This document shows, in pieces, positions 30,350-40,988 of a stretch of 64,000 nucleotides of DNA. The number at the start of each line of letters is the position of its first letter. Position 1 is the stretch's first letter. The position numbers and the translations under genes are program-made. The notes below the pieces were generated by a model. That model searched no databases and was not told the origin of the DNA. It saw nothing but the letters and a program-made list of their open reading frames with translations. The stretch comes from Candidatus Eiseniibacteriota bacterium. GTDB lineage: Bacteria; Eisenbacteria; RBG-16-71-46. Location of the stretch: NCBI GenBank assembly GCA_963717935.1, contig CAVQXP010000002.1, positions 320,001-384,000 of the forward strand, written 5' to 3'.

Positions 30350-33017
30350 ATGTCCTTGGAACGCGGCGATCCCGAGGCCCTCCAGCAGCCCTACGACCCC
30401 GGACGCATCGAGCAGCGCTGGTACGCCTTCTGGGTGGAGCGGGGCGTGTTCCGGCCGCGCGCGGAGAGCCGCTCCGGCGAGCGGCCGCCCGGGAAGCCGT
30501 TCGTCGTCTCGATCCCGCCGCCGAACGTCACCGGCTCGCTCACCATGGGCCACCTGCTGGGCGAGTCGGTGCGCGACGTGGTGCTGCGCTGGCAGCGCAT
30601 GGAGGGTCGGGAGACCCTCTACGTGCCGGGCATGGACCACGCCGGCATCGCCACGCAGAACGTGGTGGAGAAGAAGCTGCGCGAGGACAAGCGCAGCCGC
30701 CACGACCTGGGGCGCGAGGCCTTCCTGCGCGAGGTCTGGGCCTGGAAGGAGCAGTACGGCGGCCTGATCCTGCAGCAGCTCCGCCGCTTCGGCATCTCGG
30801 CCGACTGGGCCCGCGAGCGCTTCACGCTCGACGAGGGCTACTCGCGCGCGGTGCTGCACGCCTTCAAGCTCCTCCACGACAAGGGGCTCATCTACCGCGG
30901 GCGCTACATCGTCAACTGGTGCCCGCGCTGCCACACGGCGCTCTCCGACGAGGAGGTCGAGCACGTCGAGACCGTCGGCAGCCTCTGGTACCTGAAGTAC
31001 CCGGTGAAGGACACCCGGCAGCACGTGGTGGTGGCCACCACGCGGCCCGAGACCATGCTGGGCGACACCGCGGTCGCGGTGCACCCGAAGGACCGGCGCT
31101 ACGCGAAGCTGATCGGCAAGATGGCCGTGCTGCCGCTCGTGCGGCGCGAGATCCCCATCGTGGCCGACGAGATGGTGGACCCGAAGTTCGGCACGGGCGC
31201 GGTGAAGGTGACGCCCGCGCACGACTCGAACGACTTCCTCACCTCGCAGCGCCACGGCCTGCCCGAGATGGTCGTGATGGACGAGGCCGGCGTGATGAAC
31301 GACAACGCCGGCGACTTCCGTGGTCTCGACCGTTTCGAGGCGCGCCGGCGCGTGGTCGCGGCGCTGACCGACGCCGGCTACCTGGAGAAGACCGAGGCCT
31401 ACACCGTGCCGGTCGGCCACTGCCACCGCTGCCAGACCGTGATCGAGCCCTACCTCTCGTGGCAGTGGTTCGTGAAGATGGGGCCGCTCGCCGCGCCCGG
31501 CCATCGAGGCGGCGAAGAAGGGCCAGGTCAAGTTCTACCCGGCGCGCTACAAGAAGGTCTATCTCCACTGGCTCGAGAACATCCGTGACTGGTGCATCTC
31601 GCGGCAGCTGTGGTGGGGGCACCGCATCCCGGTCTGGTACCGCGGCGAGGAGATGGTGGTGTCGCTCGAGCAGCCCGCGGGCGAAGGCTGGACGCAGGAC
31701 GAGGACGTGCTCGACACCTGGTTCTCGTCCTGGCTGTGGCCCTTCGCCATCCTCGGCTGGCCCGAGGAGACCGAGGACCTCGAACGCTTCCACCCGAACT
31801 CGCTCATGGTCACCGGGGCCGACATCATCTTCTTCTGGGTCGCGCGCATGGTCATGGCCGGGATCGAGTTCCGCGGCGAGGTGCCGTTCCAGCACGTCTA
31901 CTTCACCAGCATCGTGCGCGACGCGCAGGGCCGGAAGATGTCGAAGACGCTGGGCAACTCGCCCGACCCGATCAAGATCATGGACCACTACGGCGCCGAC
32001 GCCGTGCGCTTCACGCTCATCTACCTGACGCCCACGGGCCAGGACCTGGTGTTCGACGAGAAGCGCGTCGAGACCGGGCAGTTCTTCGCGAACAAGGTAT
32101 GGAACGCGGCCCGCCTGGTGCAGATGCGGCTCGGGGACGAGGACCTGTCGAAGGTGCGCGAGTCGTCACTCCGGCTCACGCTCGCCGACCGCTGGATCCT
32201 GTCGCGCTACGCCAACGCGGTGAAGAACTTGACGCGGAACCTGAAGACCTACCGCTTCAACGAGGCGGCGAACACGATCTACCAGTTCGCCTGGGCCGAG
32301 TACTGCGACTGGTACCTCGAGATGGCCAAGCCGCGCTGGGCCGAGGACGCCGATCCGGCGGACCGCCGCACGGCGCGCTGGGTGTCGTGGAAGGTGCTGG
32401 ACGGCATCCTGCGCCTGCTGCACCCGTTCATGCCGTTCGTCAGCGAGGAGATCTGGCAGGCGCTGCCGCACGAAGGAGAGACCCTGGCGCTGGCGGCGTG
32501 GCCGCGCGCGAAGAAGACCTGGTTCGATGCCGAGGTCGAGCGACAGGTCAGCTTCCTGCAGGAGCTGGTGGTGGCGGTGCGCAACCTCCGCGCCGAGAAC
32601 AAGGTCGCACCCGGCCGGCCGGTGGCGGTGGTGGTGCGCGGCGAAGCGGCGCAGCTCGACATCATCGAGAAGCTCGCCGAGCAGATCCGGCCGCTGGCGA
32701 GGATCGAGAGCCTCACGCTCGTCCGCGACGGCTCCCGCCCGCGCGTGGCCGCCTCCGCCGTGGTGCAGGGCGCCGAGGTCTTCCTGCCGCTCGAGGGCCT
32801 CATCGACCTCGATGCCGAGCGCGAACGCCTGGTGCGCGAGGCCGACCGGCTGCTTCACGATCTCGAGGGCACGCGCAGGAAGCTCCTCAATTCGGAGTTC
32901 CTCGCCAAGGCCAAGCCCGAGGTCGTCGAGCGCGAGCGCCAGCGCCTCGCCCAGCTCGAGGAGACCCTCGAGAAGCTGAAGAAGGCGCAGGAGTCGTTGC
33001 GGGTGGTCCGGGGCTAG
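30350..33017 (+). CDS. valS: Valine--tRNA ligase (single frameshift near 31500)
   Basis: [65 protein letters not shown]-terminal coiled-coil arm. Confidence 0.97.
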
Positions 33018-33073
33018 CCTGGACTATTCACGAGCCGCGTCGCGTGAATGCGGGATGACCGTGGGATGCCGCT

Positions 33074-34633
33074 TCAGCGCGTCCCCGCCCGCCGGTAGTG
33101 GCGCGTGAAGACGCGGCCGCCCGGGGACGGCCAGGTCCGATCCTCGACCAGCGTCCTGCCCTCCGCGGCCACGCGCTCCGTCCGCCGCTTCAGCTCGTGC
33201 CGGGACTCCGAGCTGAGGCTGCGCGACACGACCCAGACCTCGTCGAAGCCGGCAGAGCGCACGCGCGCGGCGGCGGCCGCTTCGTCCAGTTGCGCCGGCG
33301 TGAGGTGCCCCGAGAACGGCGCTTCGGCGTGCGAGACCTCGAAGGCCGGCAGCGGGGTCGCCAGCCTGGAGTCGTAGAACGCGAAGGGGTCCACGTCGAA
33401 CAACACGAGGACGCAGGTGCGCGCGGGCGCGCTCGCCGTGGCGATGTGCCCCACCACGCCCCGCCAGTTCTCCTTCCCGTGGTCGCGGTCATAGTGCGCG
33501 ACCCCGAACAGGTACATCAGGAGGAGCAGGACGCTCCAGGCGGCTCCCAGCGCGCGCGGTCGCAGACGCACCAGGCCGTGAGCCAGCAGCACGACGACCA
33601 TGGGGGAGAGGAAGACGAAGAAGCGCGGGAGCCAGAGCGGTACCCAGGGCGAGACCGCGAGCACCGCGGCCGGCGGCAGCAGCAGGCCGGCCAGCGTGAG
33701 CCGCAGCATCGGCCCGCGCGGTGCGGGCCCGGCCAGTCCGCCGAGCGCGCGCACGAGCGGCACCCCCACGAGCACGACCAGCAGGAGCCAGGCGAGCGGC
33801 CGGGGCAGCCAGGCCTCGAGCCCCGGCAGGGTCATCCCCGGTTCGCGGGTGACGATGGGCCCCGGTGCCAGGAACAGCGTGCGCACGACCTGGACGAGAC
33901 CGTGCGGTCCCGGCGCCGTGACGTACCAGTGGGTCTCGTCGAGCCCCGCGCCCCGGCCCCAGCTCGCGAGGACCCAGGGCAGGCAGAGCGCGGCCACGAC
34001 GAGCTGCGCCCGGAGCCACGGGACGAGCCGGCGCCGCGCGGCCGGGCTCAGGAGCACGAGGGCGGCCTGCACGCCGACGCCGAGCAGCGCGATGCTCTGC
34101 GTCCACATTCCGAGCACCGAGGCCAGAACGTAGGGGAACCACGCGCGCGGACGGCCCAGGAGCACGGCCCGCGCGAAGAAATGGAGCGCGCCGACCATGA
34201 AGAGCGCGACCAGCACGTAGCTGCGCGCTTCCTGCCCGTACATGATCTGGAAGGGTGAAACGGCCAGCAGCGCTGCCGCGAGCGTGGCTTCGCCGCGCCC
34301 CGCGAACAGGCGCGCGAAACGGTAGGTGGCCCAGACGAGCAGCACGGAGGCCAGAGCCGAGACGAGCCGGAGCTGGACCTCGCCCTGCCCGAGCCGGAGC
34401 GCCAGCGAGGTGAGCAGGTAGTAGAGCGGCGGGCTCTCCTCGCGTTCGGCGCAGCGGCGCACGAGCGTCCCGAAGGAGGCTGCGGCCGCGGTCCAGGTCG
34501 AGCCCTCGTCGGTCCAGACGCTGCGCATGCCGAGGTGGTAGAGACGCAGGGCCAGCGCGCCCGCCAGCACGGCCGGCAGGGCGAGCCTGTCCGTCCCGTC
34601 CCGCCGCGCCCTGCCGGGCGCCACGGCCGTCAT
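33074..34633 (-). CDS. GT39/PMT-like (GT-C) glycosyltransferase
   Basis: SVWTDEG, ESPPLYYLL, LRLVSAL, SPFQIMYGQEARSY, KENWR motifs. Confidence 0.85.
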   Translation of the reverse strand: MTAVAPGRARRDGTDRLALPAVLAGALALRLYHLGMRSVWTDEGSTWTAAAASFGTLVRRCAEREESPPLYYLLTSLALRLGQGEVQLRLVSALASVLLVWATYRFARLFAGRGEATLAAALLAVSPFQIMYGQEARSYVLVALFMVGALHFFARAVLLGRPRAWFPYVLASVLGMWTQSIALLGVGVQAALVLLSPAARRRLVPWLRAQLVVAALCLPWVLASWGRGAGLDETHWYVTAPGPHGLVQVVRTLFLAPGPIVTREPGMTLPGLEAWLPRPLAWLLLVVLVGVPLVRALGGLAGPAPRGPMLRLTLAGLLLPPAAVLAVSPWVPLWLPRFFVFLSPMVVVLLAHGLVRLRPRALGAAWSVLLLLMYLFGVAHYDRDHGKENWRGVVGHIATASAPARTCVLVLFDVDPFAFYDSRLATPLPAFEVSHAEAPFSGHLTPAQLDEAAAAARVRSAGFDEVWVVSRSLSSESRHELKRRTERVAAEGRTLVEDRTWPSPGGRVFTRHYRRAGTR

Positions 34634-35709
34634 GCCGAGGTGCCCCGCAGGTGGTCCACGATCCGCTCGCCGGCGTGGCCGTCGCCGAACGGATTGGCCC
34701 AGCCGCCGCGCCGCGGGAGCATCTCCCGCGCGCAGGCCACGATGCGGTCCGGATCGGCGCCCGCCAGCACGTTGGCGCCCACCTCGACCGACTCGGGCCG
34801 CTCCGTGTTGTCGCGCAGCGTGACGCAGGGAACGCCCAGGCAGCAGGCCTCCTCCTGCAGGCCGCCGGAGTCCGTCAGCATGAGCGCCGCCTCGGCGTGG
34901 AGCCCGAGGAAGTCGAGGTAGCCCAGCGGTGGCAGCACCCGCAGCCCGTCGGTGAGCCGGGCGTCGAGCGTGGCGATGCGCGCCTGCGTGCGCGGGTGGA
35001 GCGCGGCGAGCACGACCAGGTCGAGCGCGGCCGCCACCGCCGCGAGGCCGCGCAGGCACCCGCGCAGCCGGGACGGGTCCTCCACGTTCTCCGCGCGATG
35101 CAGGGTGGCCAGCGCGAAGCGGCGCGGAGCGACCTCGAAGCGTTCGAGAAGACCGGGCTGCCGCGCCCGCTCGCGCTGCAGCAGCAGTTCGTCCACCACC
35201 GTGTTCCCGGTGACGAGGATGCGCTCGTCCGGGATGCCCTCGCCCAGCAGGATGGAGCGCGTCTTCGCGGTCGGGGCGAAGAGGTGGTCCGCGAGGTGGT
35301 CGGTGAGGATGCGGTTGAGTTCTTCGGGCATCCCGCGGTCGTAGGAGCGCAGTCCCGCCTCGACATGCCCGACCCGGATCCCGGCCTTGTTGGCGGCCAG
35401 CGCGGCGGCCAGCACCGAGTTCGTGTCGCCCTCGACCAGTACGACGTCGGGGCGGTGCTCGGCGAGCACCGTCTCCATGCCGCTCATGGTCATGGCGAGC
35501 TGGTAGGTCTGCGTGCCCGAGCCGACCTCGAGGTTGACGTCGGGGGCGGGCAGGTCCAGCTCGGCGAAGAACACGCCATCCATCTCGAAGGAATAGTGCT
35601 GGCCGGTATGGAGCAGCACGCAGGGCACGCCCCGGGCGCGGCAGGCGCGCACGAGCGGTGCCATCTTGATGATCTCGGGCCGCGTGCCGACGACGATGGC
35701 GGGCTTCAC
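34630..35709 (-). CDS. wecB: UDP-N-acetylglucosamine 2-epimerase (non-hydrolysing; WecB/WbpI family)
   Basis: VVGTRPEIIKMAP, HTGQHY, GDTNS, HVEAGLRS, TDSGGLQEE, TERPE. Confidence 0.93.
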   Translation of the reverse strand: MKPAIVVGTRPEIIKMAPLVRACRARGVPCVLLHTGQHYSFEMDGVFFAELDLPAPDVNLEVGSGTQTYQLAMTMSGMETVLAEHRPDVVLVEGDTNSVLAAALAANKAGIRVGHVEAGLRSYDRGMPEELNRILTDHLADHLFAPTAKTRSILLGEGIPDERILVTGNTVVDELLLQRERARQPGLLERFEVAPRRFALATLHRAENVEDPSRLRGCLRGLAAVAAALDLVVLAALHPRTQARIATLDARLTDGLRVLPPLGYLDFLGLHAEAALMLTDSGGLQEEACCLGVPCVTLRDNTERPESVEVGANVLAGADPDRIVACAREMLPRRGGWANPFGDGHAGERIVDHLRGTSA

Positions 35710-36689
35710 GCGGCGGGTCTCGGCACGGTCCTGAAGCGCGGGTTCACGCGCCGGAGCCGCGGGTCGGCGGCCGCCTCGCGGGCATGCTGCTCGAGCGTCA
35801 GCACCCGGAAGTGGGCCGCGAGCTGGCTCACGGCGTCGCCCACGACCGCAAGCTTCCGTTCCGCGGAAAGGCTCATGCCCGGGAAGAAGGCCAGGGCCTC
35901 GACGTCCTCGCGGCCCAGGAAATCGAGCGAGTGGAGCAGCAGCGACGGCTGAGCCCCGCTCATCCGGCACAGGCGCAGGGCGGTGGCGAAGTAGGCCGAC
36001 GCGAGCGCCGGCGAGTAGCTGCTCAGGTAGACCAGGTAGCTGAAGTGGATGGGCACCCGCAGCAGCGGCATGGTCGTGACCGGGATCTCCACCATCCCGC
36101 CGTCCTCGAGCGCCCAGCGGTACGGGCGGTTGGGGCGCAACCCCTCGCGCAATGTGCCGAAGAGCGCGGCGCGCTGCCGCTTCTCCGCGGCGCTCAGCCG
36201 CGCCGTCATGAAGTAGTAGGCGCGGGCCAGGGGCCCGAGGAAGGTCGGGAAGGTGGAGGCGTCGTACTGGTATCCGCGCCGCGCGAGCACGCGCAGCGTG
36301 GCGGCCGAAAGGCTGAAGCCCGGGCCGCGGAACCCGACGGGCCGCCGTCCGGTGGCCGCCTCGATCACCTCTTCGGCCGAGGCCAGCTCGGCCTCGATCT
36401 CGGCCTCCGAGTACAGGTGCAGCCAGGGCTGGTGGTGGAAGGAGTGGTTGCCGATCTCGTGCCCGGCGAGCGCCAGCGCCCGCAGCGGTCCACGGTTGGG
36501 CTCCAGCGCCGCGTCCTGTCCCACGACGAAGAAGCTGATCGTCAGGTTCCGCCCGGCCAGGAAGTCCAGGATGCGCGGGATCACGAGCGGCAGGTAGGTG
36601 GGGAAGGACTCCCAGCCCCGGTCGCCGTGGGTCTTCATGTACGACCACTGGTTGTCGAGGTCGAGCGACAGGCTGGCGACAGGCTTCAT
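35706..36689 (-). CDS. Polysaccharide deacetylase family protein
   Basis: SLSLDLDNQW, FFVVG, GHEIGNHSFHH, GFRGPGFS, YQYDAS. Confidence 0.88.
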   Translation of the reverse strand: MKPVASLSLDLDNQWSYMKTHGDRGWESFPTYLPLVIPRILDFLAGRNLTISFFVVGQDAALEPNRGPLRALALAGHEIGNHSFHHQPWLHLYSEAEIEAELASAEEVIEAATGRRPVGFRGPGFSLSAATLRVLARRGYQYDASTFPTFLGPLARAYYFMTARLSAAEKRQRAALFGTLREGLRPNRPYRWALEDGGMVEIPVTTMPLLRVPIHFSYLVYLSSYSPALASAYFATALRLCRMSGAQPSLLLHSLDFLGREDVEALAFFPGMSLSAERKLAVVGDAVSQLAAHFRVLTLEQHAREAAADPRLRRVNPRFRTVPRPAA

Positions 36690-36783
36690 GGCGCCGCAGG
36701 ATGCGGTCGGTGCCGGGACAAATCAAGCCGGATGACGCCGGGAGCCCGGATCGATCCCTCCCGGGCCCGCGGACGCGCAGCCA

Positions 36784-38253
36784 TCATGGCCGCGCCGGTC
36801 CGCCCGCTTCGTCCGGCGCGTAACGGTACAGGTAGCGGGGCCAGCCGTGATTCCATCGCTTCGGCAGGCCCTGCAGCCCCGCGAACCGGTCCCCCAGATC
36901 GGCATCCAGCACGTAGTACGGACTCAGGATCCTCAGACAGGGGAGGACGTCGAGCGGGCGGTTCGTGAGGATGTAGGCCCTCCCCGGCGGGTGGATCGCG
37001 GGGGCCAGAGCGGCACGGACGGCCTGCGGCCCCTTGCCGCCGGCGCGCATCATGTCGTCCAGGGTGGTCCAGTGGGCCGCGGGGACGAACCGGTAGTCGC
37101 CCGGCAACTGCCCGATCCACGGCGCATACACGCTGCCCGGCAGGGCGCGGAGCATGCGGATGAGGGCCGCGTACTGATCGTCTGCATGCCGCGATGGGAT
37201 GACGCTCCTCGGGCTGTAGAGGAGCATCGCGAACGACAGGAAGAGCGCCAGCCGCTCGAGCCGGATGCCGCGCGCCGGCACGGGCCGCGCGCCGAGGGCA
37301 TGCAGCCCCAGGGCCCCGACCAGGATGGTCCAGACCCCGAGCGGGATGAAGACGTTGTCGGACGAGCCCGGGTCCAGCGCCCCCATGAAGGCGGTGAGGA
37401 CGGCGAACGGGAACTGGAAGTGCCAGGCGCTCAGCCTTCTCCGGTCCGTCCGCGCCAGATGGAGGATCAGGAGCACGGCCGAGGCGAGCAGGACGCCGTA
37501 ATACCTGGCGAAGAACATCAGCGGTCTGACGAACGTGCCCGAATCGAGCTGGCTCCAGCCCCGCGGCATCTCCCACGTGTAGTAGTGGAACCCGGGACCG
37601 AACAGCGCGGTCCCCGCGAAGATGTGGAGCGCGGGACCGAGCAGCAGCAGTGCCAGCCAGTACATCCACGAGCGCGCCCACCCCTCACGCCAGGTCAGGA
37701 ACAGGGCCCCGCCGAGGGCGAAGCAGGCGCCATGCTGCTTGAACCAGAATGAGGCGATCAGCAGGAGCAGGCCCGCCCACCTCCCGAGGCGCGAGCGGCC
37801 CTGATCGAGCAGCCAGGTCCCGAGCAGGGCGGTGAAGATCAGCCAGGAATCGGAGTGGGCCGTGTCCAGGTAGGCATCCATGGCGCGGTAGGCCGCCGCG
37901 AACAGCCCGGCGGTCAGGAGCCCCCACGACGAGGAGCCCGTCCTCCTGGCGACGACGAGGTAGAGGATCAGCGTGGAGCCCAGCGTGGCGAGGATGGAGA
38001 ACAGCCGCAGCGCGAACAGCCCCGGCCCCAGGAGCCAGGTCATGGGGAGGACCGCGAAGTAGTAGAGCGGGTTGTAGGCCAGCGCCACGAAACCGGACTG
38101 CACGGCGTCGTAGATCGGCTGGTGCCGCAGCGCCCGCAGGACGTGCTGCAGGACCGTGAATTCCATCAGGTCCAGGGTGAAGGGAAAGCGCGCGTGGGTG
38201 ACCCACAGGAACATCACGAACAGGATGTTCCCGGACGCCAGCGCTCCCAGCAT
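36784..38253 (-). CDS. Polytopic membrane protein, GT-C/ArnT-like (frame stays open to ~38367; true start probably there)
   Basis: Many TM segments; YNPLYY, LRLFS, AHSDS, FKQHG; an AAGGAG RBS lies near 38375. Confidence 0.7.
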   Translation of the reverse strand: MLGALASGNILFVMFLWVTHARFPFTLDLMEFTVLQHVLRALRHQPIYDAVQSGFVALAYNPLYYFAVLPMTWLLGPGLFALRLFSILATLGSTLILYLVVARRTGSSSWGLLTAGLFAAAYRAMDAYLDTAHSDSWLIFTALLGTWLLDQGRSRLGRWAGLLLLIASFWFKQHGACFALGGALFLTWREGWARSWMYWLALLLLGPALHIFAGTALFGPGFHYYTWEMPRGWSQLDSGTFVRPLMFFARYYGVLLASAVLLILHLARTDRRRLSAWHFQFPFAVLTAFMGALDPGSSDNVFIPLGVWTILVGALGLHALGARPVPARGIRLERLALFLSFAMLLYSPRSVIPSRHADDQYAALIRMLRALPGSVYAPWIGQLPGDYRFVPAAHWTTLDDMMRAGGKGPQAVRAALAPAIHPPGRAYILTNRPLDVLPCLRILSPYYVLDADLGDRFAGLQGLPKRWNHGWPRYLYRYAPDEAGGPARP

Positions 38254-38642
38254 CCAGGAGATCCCGCGGCTGATGCGGGCCCGGCGCCCGAGAGGCGACG
38301 CCTCGAGGACCGCGAGGACCGATGCGATGGCCGCCAGGGCCAGCCAATACCGGAGGGGGAGGTGCGTTCAGCGCTCCTTGGAGGCAGGTCGTGACCGGGC
38401 CGTCCGACGGGCGGCCCGCTGCGGTCCCGGGGAGGATGGGGCGAGCGCCGGCCCAAATCAAGCTGGCGTGCTTCGCCACGGGTGCCGACAATGGTATAAG
38501 GTGCGCTTGCGAACCGCCCCCGGGTCGCGGCCCGGGTTGCCGCCTGCCTTCCGTGCTCGCAGGGCCCGGGAGTCATCGTACCGGTAGAGTGGGATCTCGC
38601 GCGGCGGGCCGACCTCGCGGATCTCCACCGGGAGACTGATCC

Positions 38643-39758
38643 ATGACCCTTGCCGAGTCGCCTTCCAGGCCCGTGGGTGAGACGCCGGCAGCGTGCCAGG
38701 AGGCCGGCAGGTCCCTGGTTTCGATCGTCGTCCCCGCCTTCAACGAGGCCGATGGCCTCGAGCGCAACCTCACGGCCGTGTGCCGTTACATGGAGACGCT
38801 CGAGGACGCCTGGCGCTGGGAGCTGGTCGTCGTCGACGACGGCAGCACGGACGACACCGGCCGGCTGGCGGACGAGTTCGCGCGCGTGCGCGGCAACGTC
38901 CACGTCCTGCACCACCTGACCAACTTCGGTCTGGGCCAGGCGCTGCGTTCCGGGTTCAGCCACTGCCGCGGCGACTACGTCGTGACGCTCGACATGGATC
39001 TGAGCTATGCGCCCGAGCACATCGGTGCCCTGCTCGAGCGGATCCGCGCCAGCGGGGCCAAGGTCGTGGTGGCGTCCCCGTACATGAAGGGCGGGCGGGT
39101 CTCGAACGTGCCCTGGTTCCGGCTACTGCTGAGCGCGTGGGCGAACCGCTTCCTGTCCATGGCCACGAACCACAGCGTCTCCACGGTGACCGGCATGGTC
39201 CGGGCCTACGACGGCCCCTTCCTGCGCTCGCTGAGCCTCAAGTCCATGTACACGGAGATCAACCCGGAGGTCATCTACAAGGCGCTGCTGCTGAACGCCC
39301 GCATCGACGAGATCCCGGGGCACCTCGACTGGGCACTCCAGCGCGCGCCGGGGACGGTCCGGCGCTCCAGCGCCCGGGTGAAGCGCCAGACCCTGCAGGT
39401 GCTGCTCGCGGGCTTCCTCTTCCGCCCGGTCATGTTCTTCATCCTCCCGGGCACGCTGATCCTGCTGTTCTCGCTCTACACCAACGCCTGGATGTTCATC
39501 CATTTCTTCGAGCAGTACGGCACGCTGTCCAGGATCCGGGGCTTCGAGGACCGGGCGACGGCGGCGGTGGGGGCCGCCTTCCAGCAGTATCCCTACACCT
39601 TCATCATCGGCCTGATGAGTCTGATCCTGGCGGTCCAGCTTCTGAGCCTCGGGATCGTGGCTCTGCAGAACCGGGAGTACTTCAAGGAGATGTTCTACCT
39701 TGGCACGCGAATCCAGCGATTCACCAGGGAACACCGCAAGGAGAATACGGATGACTGA
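38643..39758 (+). CDS. GT2 glycosyltransferase (polyprenyl-phosphate type) with two C-terminal TM helices
   Basis: SIVVPAFNE, VVVDDGSTD, NFGLGQA, TLDMDLSY. Confidence 0.9.
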   Translation: MTLAESPSRPVGETPAACQEAGRSLVSIVVPAFNEADGLERNLTAVCRYMETLEDAWRWELVVVDDGSTDDTGRLADEFARVRGNVHVLHHLTNFGLGQALRSGFSHCRGDYVVTLDMDLSYAPEHIGALLERIRASGAKVVVASPYMKGGRVSNVPWFRLLLSAWANRFLSMATNHSVSTVTGMVRAYDGPFLRSLSLKSMYTEINPEVIYKALLLNARIDEIPGHLDWALQRAPGTVRRSSARVKRQTLQVLLAGFLFRPVMFFILPGTLILLFSLYTNAWMFIHFFEQYGTLSRIRGFEDRATAAVGAAFQQYPYTFIIGLMSLILAVQLLSLGIVALQNREYFKEMFYLGTRIQRFTREHRKENTDD

Positions 39759-40980
39759 GCCTGTGAATGCACCGAAGCCCATGACGCTGCCGTCGGACCA
39801 GGACGCCTCGGGGCGGACTCTGGGGGACGAGGAGATCGCCGCCCTTACCGCCGTCATCAAGAGCGGTCACCTCTGGACCAACCGCGGGACCACGGGCAAG
39901 GCGCTCGAGGAGCAGTTCGCGCAGATGATGGGCGTGAAGCACGCGTACGCGGTGACGTCGGGGACGGCGGCCCTGCACGCGGCCGTCGCCGCGATCAACC
40001 CCAATCCCGGGGACGAGATCATCACGACCTCGATCACCGACATGGGCGCGCTGACGCCGATCCTCTACCAGGGCGCCATCCCGGTGTTCGCCGATGTGGA
40101 CCCCGTCACCTACAACCTGACGGCGAAGACCATCGAGCGCTGCCTGAGCCCGCGCACGAAGGCCATCATGGTCACGCACCTGTTCGGCAATCCCTGCGAC
40201 ATGGACGAGATCATGGCGCTCGCCGATGCGCACAAGATCCCGGTGATCGAGGATTGCGCCCAGTCCTACCTCGCCCGCGCGAACGGCCGGCTGGTCGGGA
40301 CCATCGGCGCGATCGGCTGCTTCAGCCTGCAGCAGGGCAAGCACATCACTACCGGCGAGGGCGGGCTCGTCGTCTCGAGCGACCCGGCGCTGGCGCGCCG
40401 CGCGTTCCTGTTCATCAACAAGGCGTGGGGCTACGGCGACCAGAACCCGGACCACTACTTCCTGGCGCTGAACTACCGCATGAGCGAGCTGCAGGGCGCG
40501 GTGGCGGTGGCACAGCTGCCGAAGCTCGCGGGCGTGGTCAAGGCGCGCGTCGCCCTGGCCGACGCGATGACCGCCCGCCTGAAGGGCATGGACGGCGTCG
40601 AGACGCCCTACGTGAACCCGAAGAACCTCCACACCTACTGGAAGTACTGCCTGCGGGTGGACGGCGCGAAGATCGCCGACGGCGCGGTGGGGCTGGCGAA
40701 GGTGCTGAAGGACAAGGGCGTCGCCTCGGGGCCGCGCTACATCCAGAAGCCCTCGTTCATGTGCGAGGTCTTCCAGAAGCAGCGCACCTTCGGCGACAGC
40801 CGCTGGCCGTTCACGCTGGCGCGGCCGGAGGCGGTGAACTACGACCGCGCGCTGTTCCCCGGGACCTACGAGGCGCTGGAGAAGGTGCTCGTGCTGCCGT
40901 GGAACGAGCGCTACACCGAGGCGCACCTGGACTTCCTCGCGACCTCGATCCGCGACGCCGCGGCGCTGGCGAAGAAGTGA
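39751..40980 (+). CDS. DegT/DnrJ/EryC1/StrS sugar aminotransferase
   Basis: SGTAALH, IEDCAQS, FSLQQGKHITTGEGG, NYRMSELQGA. Confidence 0.93.
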   Translation: MTEPVNAPKPMTLPSDQDASGRTLGDEEIAALTAVIKSGHLWTNRGTTGKALEEQFAQMMGVKHAYAVTSGTAALHAAVAAINPNPGDEIITTSITDMGALTPILYQGAIPVFADVDPVTYNLTAKTIERCLSPRTKAIMVTHLFGNPCDMDEIMALADAHKIPVIEDCAQSYLARANGRLVGTIGAIGCFSLQQGKHITTGEGGLVVSSDPALARRAFLFINKAWGYGDQNPDHYFLALNYRMSELQGAVAVAQLPKLAGVVKARVALADAMTARLKGMDGVETPYVNPKNLHTYWKYCLRVDGAKIADGAVGLAKVLKDKGVASGPRYIQKPSFMCEVFQKQRTFGDSRWPFTLARPEAVNYDRALFPGTYEALEKVLVLPWNERYTEAHLDFLATSIRDAAALAKK

Positions 40981-40988
40981 CGGGCGCC

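Noticed and set aside
30350..33017. valS, uvrB, dapE, panB and others as pseudogenes
   Set aside because: Motifs are intact on both sides of each shift with no in-frame stops or decay; the pattern fits long-read indel error
38492..38507. sigma54 promoter TGGTATAAGGTGCGCT before the GT2 operon
   Set aside because: GG-N10-GC spacing holds but flanks fit poorly; may instead be a sigma70 -10 region
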